From positions 459,748-523,747 of the forward strand of contig NZ_CP126307.1 of NCBI RefSeq assembly GCF_030144325.1: DNA of 64,000 bases. The letters run 5' to 3'. This document shows positions 1 through 9,025 of the stretch, piece after piece. The stretch is from Bosea vestrisii. Its GTDB lineage: Bacteria; Pseudomonadota; Alphaproteobacteria; Rhizobiales; Beijerinckiaceae. A program made the position numbers and the translations under genes. Each line of letters starts with the position of its first letter. The first letter of the stretch is position 1. The notes below the pieces were generated by a model, which saw nothing but the letters and a program-made list of their open reading frames with translations, was not told the origin of the DNA and did not search any database.

Positions 1-405
1 ACCCTGACGCTCTCCAGCCTGCGTGGCGGCACGGTCGCGCTCTACGCCTACCCGCAGGACGACACGCAAAGCTGCACCAATGAGGCCCTCTCCTTCGACG
101 CACTGCGCGAGGAATTCGCCGCCGCGGGCGCGACCGTGATCGGCATCTCGCCGGATTCGGTGAAGCGCCACGACAAGTTCAAACAGAAATACGGGCTGCG
201 ACTCACTCTCGTTTCGGACGAGGAGCGGGCAGCGATCGAAGCTTATGGCCTCTGGGTCCAGAAGCAGATGTATGGACGTCAGTATATGGGTGTCGAGCGC
301 AGCACCTTCCTGATCGATGCGACGGGCAACATCGCTCGCGTCTGGGCCAAGGTCCGGGTCAAGGGCCATGCCGAGGAGGTGCTCGCCGCTGCCCGGGCGC
401 TCTGA
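1..405 (+). CDS. bcp: Thiol peroxidase Bcp (peroxiredoxin, AhpC/TSA family), 5'-partial
   Basis: Frame 1 is open from nt 1 to the stop at 405 and reads ...LYAYPQDDTQSCTNEALSFDALREEFAAAGATVIGISPDSVKRHDKFKQKYGLRLTLVSDEE..., a peroxiredoxin Bcp-like active-site region and C-terminal half. The true start lies upstream of the window. Confidence 0.8.
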   Translation, partial: TLTLSSLRGGTVALYAYPQDDTQSCTNEALSFDALREEFAAAGATVIGISPDSVKRHDKFKQKYGLRLTLVSDEERAAIEAYGLWVQKQMYGRQYMGVERSTFLIDATGNIARVWAKVRVKGHAEEVLAAARAL

Positions 406-500
406 CGCTTATGAGGCCGAAACCCTGCGAAATCGGCCACGGTTTGCGATTGATTAACCCTAACGGGGTCTAATCGAACCATCGCAGCGTTAACTCGGTT

Positions 501-1832
501 TTGCGTATGATTCCCTCGGATTCTCGTGCCCAAGCTCCCGGCCCCGCACTTCCCGTGACGGGTGTCCTGTCCCGCCGCAACTTCACGATCAGCCGCTCCA
601 CCGCATTGTTCGGCCTGAGCCTGCTGGCGCTGACCACCGCTTGGAGCGGTGCGACGAGCTGGTACATCCTGCGCAAGGACGATCTCGCCGCGCGGCTGAT
701 CAGCCGTGAAACCTCGCGCCAATACGCCTATGAGGACCGGATCGCGGTGTTGCGTGCCGATGTCGACCGGCTCGCCAGCCGTGCCTTGCTTGATCAGGAC
801 GGGGTCGAGGCCCGTGTCGGCGAGATCGCCACGCGCCAGGCCGAACTCGAATCGCGGCAGTCCCTGGTCAACGCCGTCGCCGAGAGCCTGCAATCGGCCG
901 GCATCGGGGTGTCGCAAGCGGCGAAGAACCCGCTTCGCCAGCGCATGATCAAGCCCGAGGAGCCGATCCGTGCCTCCGGCGTCACCAGCTTCGCGCCTTT
1001 CGCATCCGGCAAGCCGACACCGGCTCCGGAGACCTTGCCGTTGCGCGGCGCCGACGACCGCCCTGCCCCCTGGCAATCGGGCGAGGCCGAGGAGCCGGTG
1101 CCGCCGGCCAAGCGTGTCGCCGGAGCGCTGATCCAGCTCGATCAATCGATCGAGCGCAGCTCGGCCGCCCAGCTTGCAGCCCTGCGCGACATCGACCAGA
1201 CCCTCGGCGAGACCCAGAAGACGCTGCGCGGCGCGCTCGCGGAAACCAGGCTCGACACCGACAAGCTCGCGGCCGCGAACTCCGTCACAAAGGGCGTCGG
1301 CGGGCCGCTCGTTCCCCTCAACATCGACCCTGCGGCGGGTCCCTTCGAGGCTACGCTAAGCTCGTTGCAGCCGCGCATAGCGGCTGTGTTTGGCTTGCGC
1401 GGCCTCGTCGAGCGGTTGCCGCTGAACAGGCCGCTCGACGGAGAACTCGAGCTGAGCTCCAACTATGGCTACCGCGCCGACCCCTTTACGCGTGGGGCCG
1501 CCCTGCACACCGGGATGGATCTGCGTGCCGAGCACGGCGCGCCGGTGCGCGCCACCGGCCCGGGAAAAGTCGTGACCGCCGAATATTCGGGTGGCTACGG
1601 CAACATGGTCGAGATCGAGCACGCGAACGGCCTCACCACACGCTACGCTCATATGTCGGCGATCCTGGTCAGCCTGGGCCAGACGGTGACCAGCGGGACC
1701 CTCATCGGCCGCGTCGGCTCGACCGGCCGCTCGACCGGGCCGCATCTGCACTACGAAACCCGCCTCGACGGCGATCCTATCGATCCGAACCGTTTCCTGC
1801 GGGCCGGCAACAAGCTCGCCGGGCGGGTTTGA
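501..1832 (+). CDS. M23 family metallopeptidase (LytM/EnvC-like peptidoglycan endopeptidase) with N-terminal TM anchor and coiled coil
   Basis: The C-terminus reads HTGMDLRAEHGAPVRATGPGKVV...GGYGNMVEIEHANGLTTRYAHMS...GSTGRSTGPHLHYE, matching the M23 HxxxD/HxH zinc-ligand motifs. A hydrophobic segment lies near the N-terminus; the start could instead be the ATG at 507. Confidence 0.8.
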   Translation: MRMIPSDSRAQAPGPALPVTGVLSRRNFTISRSTALFGLSLLALTTAWSGATSWYILRKDDLAARLISRETSRQYAYEDRIAVLRADVDRLASRALLDQDGVEARVGEIATRQAELESRQSLVNAVAESLQSAGIGVSQAAKNPLRQRMIKPEEPIRASGVTSFAPFASGKPTPAPETLPLRGADDRPAPWQSGEAEEPVPPAKRVAGALIQLDQSIERSSAAQLAALRDIDQTLGETQKTLRGALAETRLDTDKLAAANSVTKGVGGPLVPLNIDPAAGPFEATLSSLQPRIAAVFGLRGLVERLPLNRPLDGELELSSNYGYRADPFTRGAALHTGMDLRAEHGAPVRATGPGKVVTAEYSGGYGNMVEIEHANGLTTRYAHMSAILVSLGQTVTSGTLIGRVGSTGRSTGPHLHYETRLDGDPIDPNRFLRAGNKLAGRV

Positions 1833-1872
1833 GGCCTGCGCCTTCAGGCGCTCCAGTGGCCACGACAGCTTC

Positions 1873-1910
1873 ACAGATCGCTGTAATATTCACGCACAGC
1901 GATCTGTTTT
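1873..1910. terminator. Bidirectional Rho-independent terminator between convergent genes
   Basis: Perfect 12-bp inverted repeat ACAGATCGCTGT...ACAGCGATCTGT with an 11-nt loop, followed by TTTT. It sits between the M23 stop (1832) and the convergent SGNH stop (1925). Confidence 0.5.
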
Positions 1911-1924
1911 GATTCGATAATCAA

Positions 1925-3034
1925 TCAGCGCAAGGCTTCGGCAATAGCGGCGGCTGCCACCTGATGGCCATACTCGTTCCAGTGAGCATCGGCCTGGAAC
2001 TCGAAGCGTTTGCCGGCCTTGGCCCATTCGGCGGCGAAAACCGGATGCAGGTCAAGGAAGGCGATACCGTGCTTGCCGGCCATCTCGGCGGCGATCCGGT
2101 TGAGCTTCAGCGCCGGGCTGTCGGCCCGGCCGGCATAGATCGCCTCGCGATCGCCATCCATGACGAGTTGGAGCTTTGCCCCGATCGTGTCGGCGCGCGC
2201 CTTCAGCCGGCTGAACAGGTAATCCGTGGCGACGCGGATATCGGCCTCCTGCGCGAGCACACTCGCCACGTCGATATTGGCGGCATAGCCGCCCTCGCCC
2301 GCGGCCCTGGCGGGCCCGAGGATCGCGTCGACCAGCGCCTGTGGCCTGACCTGCCAGCGATAGAGCAGGAAGCGCGCCGTCGCGCTCTGGCGAACGAATT
2401 CGAGCCAACCGGCACGCCAGGGCTCGGGTGCGACCTCACCGACGACCTTGCCGCCTTCGATTTTCAGCTTGAGGAAGCTCGAGGTGTAGCGCCCCGGCTT
2501 GAAGACGAAGCTCTCGTCGAAGTCGTTGTGGACCAGGTTGACCACGATCCGGTCGGGCCGCCGCTGCACGACTTCGCGCTCGATCATCTGCAGATACTGG
2601 CTGAGCGGAGCGCCGGCGACCCCGAAGCGCTGAATCTCGACCGGCCCCACGGCAGCAAGCTTGGCGCCAACCGCTTCGGCAAAGCTCTTGTCGAGCGGCA
2701 CCTGCAGCGCCTCGACGAAGCTGTCGCCGACGAAGGCGATGCGGGCGACACCGGGTTTGCGCTCGACCGGATAATCCGGCAGCGGCGAGTTCCAGCCCTG
2801 CGCGTTGATCTTGAACGGTGCGGCGATCTCGTCGCGCACGCGCCAGACGCCGCTCTGTCCCGGCTGGTAGCGCACGACTTCGTTGACGAAGACGTTGCGC
2901 GGCACGTCGCTCGCCGGCAGCACGAAGCGGAACAGCACCAGCTCGCAGAACAGCAGGAAGACGACGATGCTGCCGACCGAGACCGCGAGATTGATCAGGA
3001 TCTCGCGGCCGCGGGAGCGTTTGGCCTCGCTCAA
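1925..3034 (-). CDS. SGNH/GDSL-like hydrolase family protein with N-terminal TM anchor
   Basis: 369-aa ORF with a TM helix (LINLAVSVGSIVVFLLF) and an SGNH block-I-like motif (ARIAFVGDSFVE). It starts on TTG overlapping the prfB stop. Homology is called by eye only. Confidence 0.55.
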   Translation of the reverse strand: MSEAKRSRGREILINLAVSVGSIVVFLLFCELVLFRFVLPASDVPRNVFVNEVVRYQPGQSGVWRVRDEIAAPFKINAQGWNSPLPDYPVERKPGVARIAFVGDSFVEALQVPLDKSFAEAVGAKLAAVGPVEIQRFGVAGAPLSQYLQMIEREVVQRRPDRIVVNLVHNDFDESFVFKPGRYTSSFLKLKIEGGKVVGEVAPEPWRAGWLEFVRQSATARFLLYRWQVRPQALVDAILGPARAAGEGGYAANIDVASVLAQEADIRVATDYLFSRLKARADTIGAKLQLVMDGDREAIYAGRADSPALKLNRIAAEMAGKHGIAFLDLHPVFAAEWAKAGKRFEFQADAHWNEYGHQVAAAAIAEALR

Positions 3035-4159
3035 TCGAGGTCCTCGACTTCGACGGTCGTGCCATAGACGCGCTGCGCCAGCGACGCCTCCATGAACGGA
3101 TCGAGTTCGCCATCGAGCACGTCGGCCGGTGCCGTCGAGGCGACGCCCGTGCGCAGATCCTTCACCAGCTGATAGGGCTGCAGCACATAGGAGCGGATCT
3201 GGTGGCCCCAGCCGATATCGGTCTTGGAGGCTTGCTCTGCGTTCGCCTTGTCTTCGCGTTTCTTGAGCTCGACCTCGTAGAGGCGGGCGCGCAGCATGTC
3301 CCAGGCCTTGGCCCGGTTCTTGTGCTGCGAGCGCTCCTGCTGGCAGGTCACGGCGATCCCGGTCGGGATATGGGTGATGCGCACCGCCGAATCGGTGGTG
3401 TTGATGTGCTGGCCGCCGGCACCCTGGGCCCGATAGGTGTCGATCCGGCAGTCGGACTCCTTGACGTCGATGACGATACGGTCGTCGACCACTGGATAGA
3501 CCCAGACCGAGGCAAAGGAGGTCTGTCTCCTGGCGTTCGAATCGAACGGCGAAATCCGCACCAGCCGGTGCACGCCGGATTCGGTCTTCAGCCAGCCATA
3601 GGCATTATGCCCCTTGAACTGCAGGGTTGCCGACTTGATGCCGGCCTGGTCGCCGTCCTGATAGTCGAGCGTCTCGACCTTGAACTTCCGCCGCTCGCCC
3701 CAGCGCCGGTACATGCGCAGCAGCATCTCGGCCCAGTCCTGGCTCTCGGTGCCGCCGGCGCCGGGATGGATCTCGACATAGGTGTCGAGCATGTCGGCTT
3801 CGCCCGACAGCAGGGTCTCGACCTGCCGCCGCGCCGCCTCGACCTCGACCGCCTTGATCGCCGCCTCGCCCTCGGAGACGGTCGCCTCGTCGTCTTCCAT
3901 CTCGCCGAGCTCGATCAGCGTCAGCGCATCGTCGAGATCGCGCTCGAGCTTGGCTATGCCGTTGATCTGGTCTTCGAGCGAGGTCCGCTCGCGCATCAGC
4001 TTCTGCGCGTTCTCGGCGTCGTTCCAGAAATCCGGACCTTCGGAAAGCGCGTTCAGCTCCGCCAGGCGTCGTTGTGCGACATCCCAGTCAAAGATGCCTC
4101 CTCAGCAGTCCAATCGACTGCTTGGCGTTGTCGAGCTGCGTCTGAATCTCTGGGCGCAT
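3031..4159 (-). CDS. prfB: Peptide chain release factor 2 (programmed +1 ribosomal frameshift at ~4088-4093)
   Basis: Main ORF 3031..3996 has the GGQ motif (GAGGQHINTTDSAVRI) and the RF2-specific SPF tripeptide (RISPFDSNARRQTSFASV). The upstream ORF MRPEIQTQLDNAKQSIGLLRRHL ends at the canonical AGGAGG-N3-CUU-UGA-C shift site; a +1 slip joins it in frame to ...DWDVAQRRLAELNALSEGPDFWNDAENAQKLMRERTSLED... Confidence 0.9.
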
Positions 4160-4253
4160 GATGCGGGATCGAAGTCCTGTGCAGAGTGCTGTTCGGCGCT
4201 GGCATAGAAAGGATGCGCCGCGCTGTAAATGCCCGGCCTTGCGTGGCCGGCGT

Positions 4254-4475
4254 TCAGAAGCCGCAGGCGAGGCAATGGCGCCCGCCATCGTGGCGATATT
4301 CGGCCTTCCAGTAATGCGGGTCGTTGATGTCCTGGTAGTCGAGCCCCGCCGTCAGCGTGTAGCGCTTGCAAAAGGGCCGTTGGAGGATCACCAGCAGATC
4401 GCAATGCGGAGGCCAGTCGGCGATCTCCGCGATCCGGTTGCCCCGTGCCAGTTCGGCCCGCAGGATATCCCGCAA
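4254..4475 (-). CDS. Hypothetical small Cys/His-containing protein (possible zinc-binding) between mrcA and prfB
   Basis: Minus-frame reading downstream of the mrcA stop: (TTG)RDILRAELARGNRIAEIADWPPHCDLLVILQRPFCKRYTLTAGLDYQDINDPHYWKAEYRHDGGRHCLACGF. The composition is protein-like, unlike neighbouring shadow ORFs. It has no ATG start and I recognise no homolog. Confidence 0.25.
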   Translation of the reverse strand: MRDILRAELARGNRIAEIADWPPHCDLLVILQRPFCKRYTLTAGLDYQDINDPHYWKAEYRHDGGRHCLACGF

Positions 4476-4516
4476 AGGCGCGGCGAGCGCCGCTGCCTTG
4501 GCGGGAATGGGAGGGC

Positions 4517-6964
4517 TCAGTAGAGCCCGCCCGTGCCGGAGCCGACCGAGCGACCGCCCGCCGGGGCAACGCTCATCGCCCCGCCCGTGCCATCGGACGC
4601 GCCGATCACCGAATAGCTGTCCGGCGGCGCCGTGCCCGGCTTGAACGCTTCCAGGATGCCGCCCTCGCCGCCGGCGCGCATGCCGGTACGTGGATCCACC
4701 CGGATCAGCTTGATACCGGGTGGCACGCGGAACGGGGTCGCCGGCTTGTCCTTCAGCGCGACGGTCATGAAGTCGCGGAAGATCGGTGCGGCGTACTGGC
4801 CGGCGGTCGCCGAGTTGCCGAGCGACTTCGGCTTGTCGAAGCCCATATAGACGCCGACGGCGAGATCCGGCGAGAAGCCGACGAACCAGACGTCCTTGGC
4901 GTCGTTGGTGGTTCCGGTCTTGCCGGCGAGCGGCTTGCCGACCGACTTCACCACAGTCGCGGTGCCAGCATTGACGACGCCTTCCAGCATCGAGACCATC
5001 TGGTAGGCGGTCAGCGGGTCGAGCACCTGCTCGCGATTGTCGACCAGGCGCGGCTCGCGCTGGTTCGCCCACTTATCGGCCTCGCAGCCCTCGCAGGTGC
5101 GCTGGTCGTGCTTATAGATCGTCGCGCCCCAGCGATCCTGAATGCGGTCGATCAGGGTCGGCCGGATGCGCTTGCCGCCATTGGCGAGCATCGAATAGGC
5201 CGCGGTCATCCGCATCACCGTGGTCTCGCCGGCGCCGAGCGACATCGAGAGAACCGGCAGCATGTCGTCATAGATGCCGAAGCGGCGGGCATATTCCGCG
5301 ATCAGCGGCATGCCGACATCCTTGGCGAGACGCACCGTCATCAGGTTCTTCGAGAACTGGATGCCGTAGCGCAGCGTCCGCGGGCCGGTGAACTTGCCGT
5401 CATAGTTGCTCGGCGTCCACATGCCGAGGCCACCGCCCTGGTCGACCTCGATCGGCGCGTCGAGCACGATGCTGGACGGGGTGTAGCCATTGTCGAGCGC
5501 CGTCGCATAGACGAAGGGCTTGAACGACGAACCCGGCTGGCGCAGCGCCTGCGTCGACCGGTTGAATTCCGACTGGTCATGCGAGAAGCCGCCGACCATG
5601 GCGAGCACGCGGCCCGAGAACGGGTCCATCACGGTGATCGCGCCATTGACCTCGGGCATCTGGCGCAGGCGGACCTGGCCGGGCTTGCCGTCGAGCGGCT
5701 CGACATAGACGACGTCGCCCGCCGAGACGGCCTGCGAAACGCGAGTACGCCGCGTCCAGCGGATGCCGTCCGGGCCGAGCGTCACCGTCTCGCGCTCCGG
5801 CCGGAGCTGGCCCGATGTCTCGCGAACCGGCTGCAAGCCGAGGCGGGCGCTGTCGCCGGCAACGTCGAGCACGACGGCGAGGCGCCAGGGCTTGACGTCG
5901 CCCAGCACCGGCAATTCGGCGATGGCGAGGCCCCATTCGCGGCTCGACGCATCGATCTTCTGGATCGCGCCACGCCAGCCGCGCGCCTCGTCGAAGCGCA
6001 CGAGACCATCGACCAGCGCCTTGCGCGCCATCAGCTGCATCTTCGGATCGACCGTCGCACGCACCGAGAGCCCGCCCTCGAGCAGCTTCTTCTCGCCATA
6101 GCGATCCTGCAGCTCGCGCCGGATCTCCTCGGCGAAGTAACCTGCGGCGATCTGGTTCGGCGAGACCGTGCGCGGATTGACGCCGAGCGGCTGCTTCTTG
6201 GCAGCCTCGGCATCGGGCCGCTTGAGGAAGCCGTTCTCGGCCATGCGGTCGAGCACGTAATTGCGCCGCTCGATCGCGCGCTCGCGGTTGCGGAACGGGT
6301 GCAGATCGGTCGGCGCCTTCGGCAGAGCCGCGAGATAGGCCGCTTCCTGCGCGTTCAACTCGTGCACCGACTTGCCGAAATAGTTCAGCGCTGCCGCAGC
6401 GACACCGTAGCTGCCCTGCCCCGGCGCCGGCGCACCGAGATAGATTTCGTTCAAATAGAGCTCGAGGATCTTGTCCTTGGAATAGGTCGACTCGATTCGC
6501 AGCGCGATCAGCGCCTCGCGGATCTTGCGCTCGATGCTCTGCTCGGAGCCGACCAGGAAGTTCTTCGCCACCTGCTGGGTGATGGTCGAAGCGCCCTGCG
6601 GGCGGCGGCCGGAGGCACGATTGCGGAAGTTCGAGATCGCGGCGCGGGCGAGGCCCTCGGGATCGACGCCGAAATGCTTGTAGAAGTTCTTGTCCTCGGC
6701 CGAGAGGAAGGCGTCGATGATCAGCTTCGGCACTGCCTGAATCGGCAGGTAAAGCCGGCGCTCCCTGGCGAACTCGGCGATCAGGCTGCCGTCGCCGGCA
6801 TGGACGCGGCTCATCACCGGCGGCTCGTAATTCCGCAGCTGCGCCGAATCGGGCAGGTCCTTGGAGTAGTGCCAGATCACGCCGGCAGCGCCTGCGACAC
6901 CGATGACGAACAGGATCGTACCGGCGGCGAACGCCCATCCGAAAAGGCGCAATATGAACCGCAT
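4517..6964 (-). CDS. mrcA: Penicillin-binding protein 1A (bifunctional transglycosylase/transpeptidase)
   Basis: 815 aa with an N-terminal TM segment, a GT51 transglycosylase region (...DAFLSAEDKNFYKHFGVDPEGLARAAISNF...RKIREALIALRIE...) and a transpeptidase region (...SSFKPFVYATALD..., ...KTGTTND...). Confidence 0.9.
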   Translation of the reverse strand: MRFILRLFGWAFAAGTILFVIGVAGAAGVIWHYSKDLPDSAQLRNYEPPVMSRVHAGDGSLIAEFARERRLYLPIQAVPKLIIDAFLSAEDKNFYKHFGVDPEGLARAAISNFRNRASGRRPQGASTITQQVAKNFLVGSEQSIERKIREALIALRIESTYSKDKILELYLNEIYLGAPAPGQGSYGVAAAALNYFGKSVHELNAQEAAYLAALPKAPTDLHPFRNRERAIERRNYVLDRMAENGFLKRPDAEAAKKQPLGVNPRTVSPNQIAAGYFAEEIRRELQDRYGEKKLLEGGLSVRATVDPKMQLMARKALVDGLVRFDEARGWRGAIQKIDASSREWGLAIAELPVLGDVKPWRLAVVLDVAGDSARLGLQPVRETSGQLRPERETVTLGPDGIRWTRRTRVSQAVSAGDVVYVEPLDGKPGQVRLRQMPEVNGAITVMDPFSGRVLAMVGGFSHDQSEFNRSTQALRQPGSSFKPFVYATALDNGYTPSSIVLDAPIEVDQGGGLGMWTPSNYDGKFTGPRTLRYGIQFSKNLMTVRLAKDVGMPLIAEYARRFGIYDDMLPVLSMSLGAGETTVMRMTAAYSMLANGGKRIRPTLIDRIQDRWGATIYKHDQRTCEGCEADKWANQREPRLVDNREQVLDPLTAYQMVSMLEGVVNAGTATVVKSVGKPLAGKTGTTNDAKDVWFVGFSPDLAVGVYMGFDKPKSLGNSATAGQYAAPIFRDFMTVALKDKPATPFRVPPGIKLIRVDPRTGMRAGGEGGILEAFKPGTAPPDSYSVIGASDGTGGAMSVAPAGGRSVGSGTGGLY

Positions 6965-7118
6965 CGAGAAATTTGACCTCGGCTAGCGGCAGCGGCGGCG
7001 CCCTCCCCTTTGGCGTCGCACCGTGCCCGGCTGATCTTGAACTCGTCTCTATATCATGGCGGACATGGCGGAACCGTGGCTTTACGACCACAAATCGCCA
7101 TCTTCGACCACTCCGCCG

Positions 7119-8351
7119 TCAAGGCTTGCTCTGCGCGGCCTTGCCCGGTGTTTGCAGGCGTTCGAAATACTGATCGACCGCCTGTTGGACAGCCGCCGCG
7201 GCCTGGTTGCGCCAGCCCTCGGAATTCAACAGCTCGGCATCCTTGGGGCTCGACATGTAGCCAAGCTCGATCAGAACCGACGGCACATCGGGAGCGGTCA
7301 ATACGCGAAACCCTGCGGAACGCAACGGAACCTTGTGCATCTTGACCGAGCCGCCGAGCCGCTCGACCAGATTTCGCGCGAAGATCGTCGAGAAGCTGCG
7401 GGTCTCGCGCTTGGCGAGATCCATCAGAATGCCGGCGACGTCATGCACGTCCTCACTCGAATCGAGCCCGGCGACGGCATCGGCCTGGTTTTCCTTCGCC
7501 GCCAGTCGTGCCGCCTCGGCGTCGCTCGCGCGCTCCGAGCCTGTATAGATGGTGGCGCCGCGCACATCCTGCGCCTGCGTCAGCGAATCGGCATGGATCG
7601 AGATGAACAGGCTGGCCTCGACGCCGCGCGCAATACGGACACGATCGCCGAGCGAGATGAAGGTGTCATCCGAGCGGGTCATGATCACCCGATAGCGCCC
7701 CTGCGCCTCGAGCTGCTCTTTCAGCTTCAGCCCGAAGGCGAGCACGACCGCTTTCTCTGCGATCGCGGCAACCTGCGTGCCCGGATCGATGCCGCCATGA
7801 CCGGGGTCGATCACCACGATGCGGCGTAAATCGCCCTCGGCCTTGCGTTCGACCGGAATGCTCGGCAGTTGCGCCTTGGCGGCTTCTTCTCGAGCGAGAG
7901 CGGCGAACTCCTCGCGGCTCGTGCGCTTCAGCTCGATAGTGAGTTCGCCGAAGCCGCCGCGTAGCGGTTTGACCGAGACGCTCTCCACCGCGGCCGGCTG
8001 CGCCAGATCGAGGATGATGCGGGCGCGGTCGGCCATGAACAGGCCATAGCGGAAACCGGAGACGAAGCCGGCCGATTTGCGTCCCTGCTTCGGCTCGATC
8101 TGGAAATTGATCGACGGCAGGTCGACGATGACGCGATCCGGGCCGGCCATCACGGTCGCGCTCGCGGTCACCGGTCGCGATAATGTCAACGTCAACCGGA
8201 CCGTATCGCCCTGAGCTTCGATCCGCGCATCGGTGGCGACGGGAGAATCGCTAGCGCCGCGGCCGCTGTTCGCCGCCACCGCGGTCGCAAGCAGGCAGCC
8301 TAGCGCCGCCGGCAAAACGAAACGCCGGGCCAGCATGGCGATTCGGCCCAT
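7119..8351 (-). CDS. N-acetylmuramoyl-L-alanine amidase (Amidase_3) with N-terminal AMIN domain and signal peptide
   Basis: Catalytic region RIVVIDPGHGGIDPGTQ...IMTRSDDTFISLGDRVRIARGVEASLFISIHADS. Start placed at ATG 8351 (MGRIAMLARRFVLPAALGCLLATAVAANSG, a signal peptide) rather than the longer ORF start at 8531. Confidence 0.85.
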   Translation of the reverse strand: MGRIAMLARRFVLPAALGCLLATAVAANSGRGASDSPVATDARIEAQGDTVRLTLTLSRPVTASATVMAGPDRVIVDLPSINFQIEPKQGRKSAGFVSGFRYGLFMADRARIILDLAQPAAVESVSVKPLRGGFGELTIELKRTSREEFAALAREEAAKAQLPSIPVERKAEGDLRRIVVIDPGHGGIDPGTQVAAIAEKAVVLAFGLKLKEQLEAQGRYRVIMTRSDDTFISLGDRVRIARGVEASLFISIHADSLTQAQDVRGATIYTGSERASDAEAARLAAKENQADAVAGLDSSEDVHDVAGILMDLAKRETRSFSTIFARNLVERLGGSVKMHKVPLRSAGFRVLTAPDVPSVLIELGYMSSPKDAELLNSEGWRNQAAAAVQQAVDQYFERLQTPGKAAQSKP

Positions 8352-8517
8352 GCGCGCCACGGAAAGGCGAAGCCCGTGCAGCAGGAGAAAGCTCCTCGAT
8401 TCGCTCGCTCGACGCTTAACGAAGGTTAACCATAGCGCCGCCATTCGTTGACAACCCGTTACCATGCGGGTGCAGCGCCGGGAACCGCCCGCCAAAACTT
8501 GGCCACTGTTAACGCGC

Positions 8518-8545
8518 TTGCAAAAATGCATCGCCTGTCTGTAAT
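8518..8545 (+). promoter_or_regulatory. Candidate sigma70-type promoter of rne (TTGCAA-N16-TGTAAT)
   Basis: The hexamers sit ~480 nt upstream of the rne ATG in the divergent amidase/rne intergenic region. This would give the long leader expected for an autoregulated rne transcript. Identified by eye only. Confidence 0.2.
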
Positions 8546-9025
8546 GGAGATGGTTGCAACGCGAAGGCTACCGCAGCGCACAAGCTGGGCTATTGGCCCG
8601 CCCGCGCCCTGCGAATTGGCCGAACGACCGGATCGGTAAAACCGATCCGCGCCGGCGCGGAGGCAGCCAACAACGGAATCGTCCGCGGACGAGCCTGCGC
8701 CAGGCAGCAATCGGCGCCGGTCTTCTTGTCCGCGAGCGTGTCAAACGCGGTGTCCCTCGTTCCAGAGGTGCACTGTAGGTCAAAGGTCAGATGTCGGGGC
8801 AAACGACGCCGCTTTCCCTTTCGGTGTTTCGTCGAGACCTTTCAGGTGGCGACGGGCTTTTTGCCCGCCCCGCCGCTCGCTCCCGTCGTCGTCTCTTGAT
8901 CGAATTCCTTCCCCTGCAACATGCCGGCCTCAGCCGGCTTACGCGCGGTGCCCCTGCCCGCGGCCGCGGATTCGCATCCGCAGCCCGGCGGATTGCCAAG
9001 GCCGCCGCGCCAATGGATTTGTCCC

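Noticed and set aside
4158-4523. 121-aa plus ORF in the mrcA-prfB spacer
   Set aside because: Arg-rich, with no SD. The opposite-strand small ORF (4254..4475) has better composition and is co-oriented with its flanking genes.
4445-6976. 843-aa plus-strand ORF and a 504-aa minus ORF (5577..7091) overlapping mrcA
   Set aside because: These are Arg/Ala/Gly-rich low-complexity translations (RRRRARLERFQDAAL...) lying antisense or out of frame to a clearly homologous PBP1A gene. They are typical shadow ORFs of 68% GC DNA.
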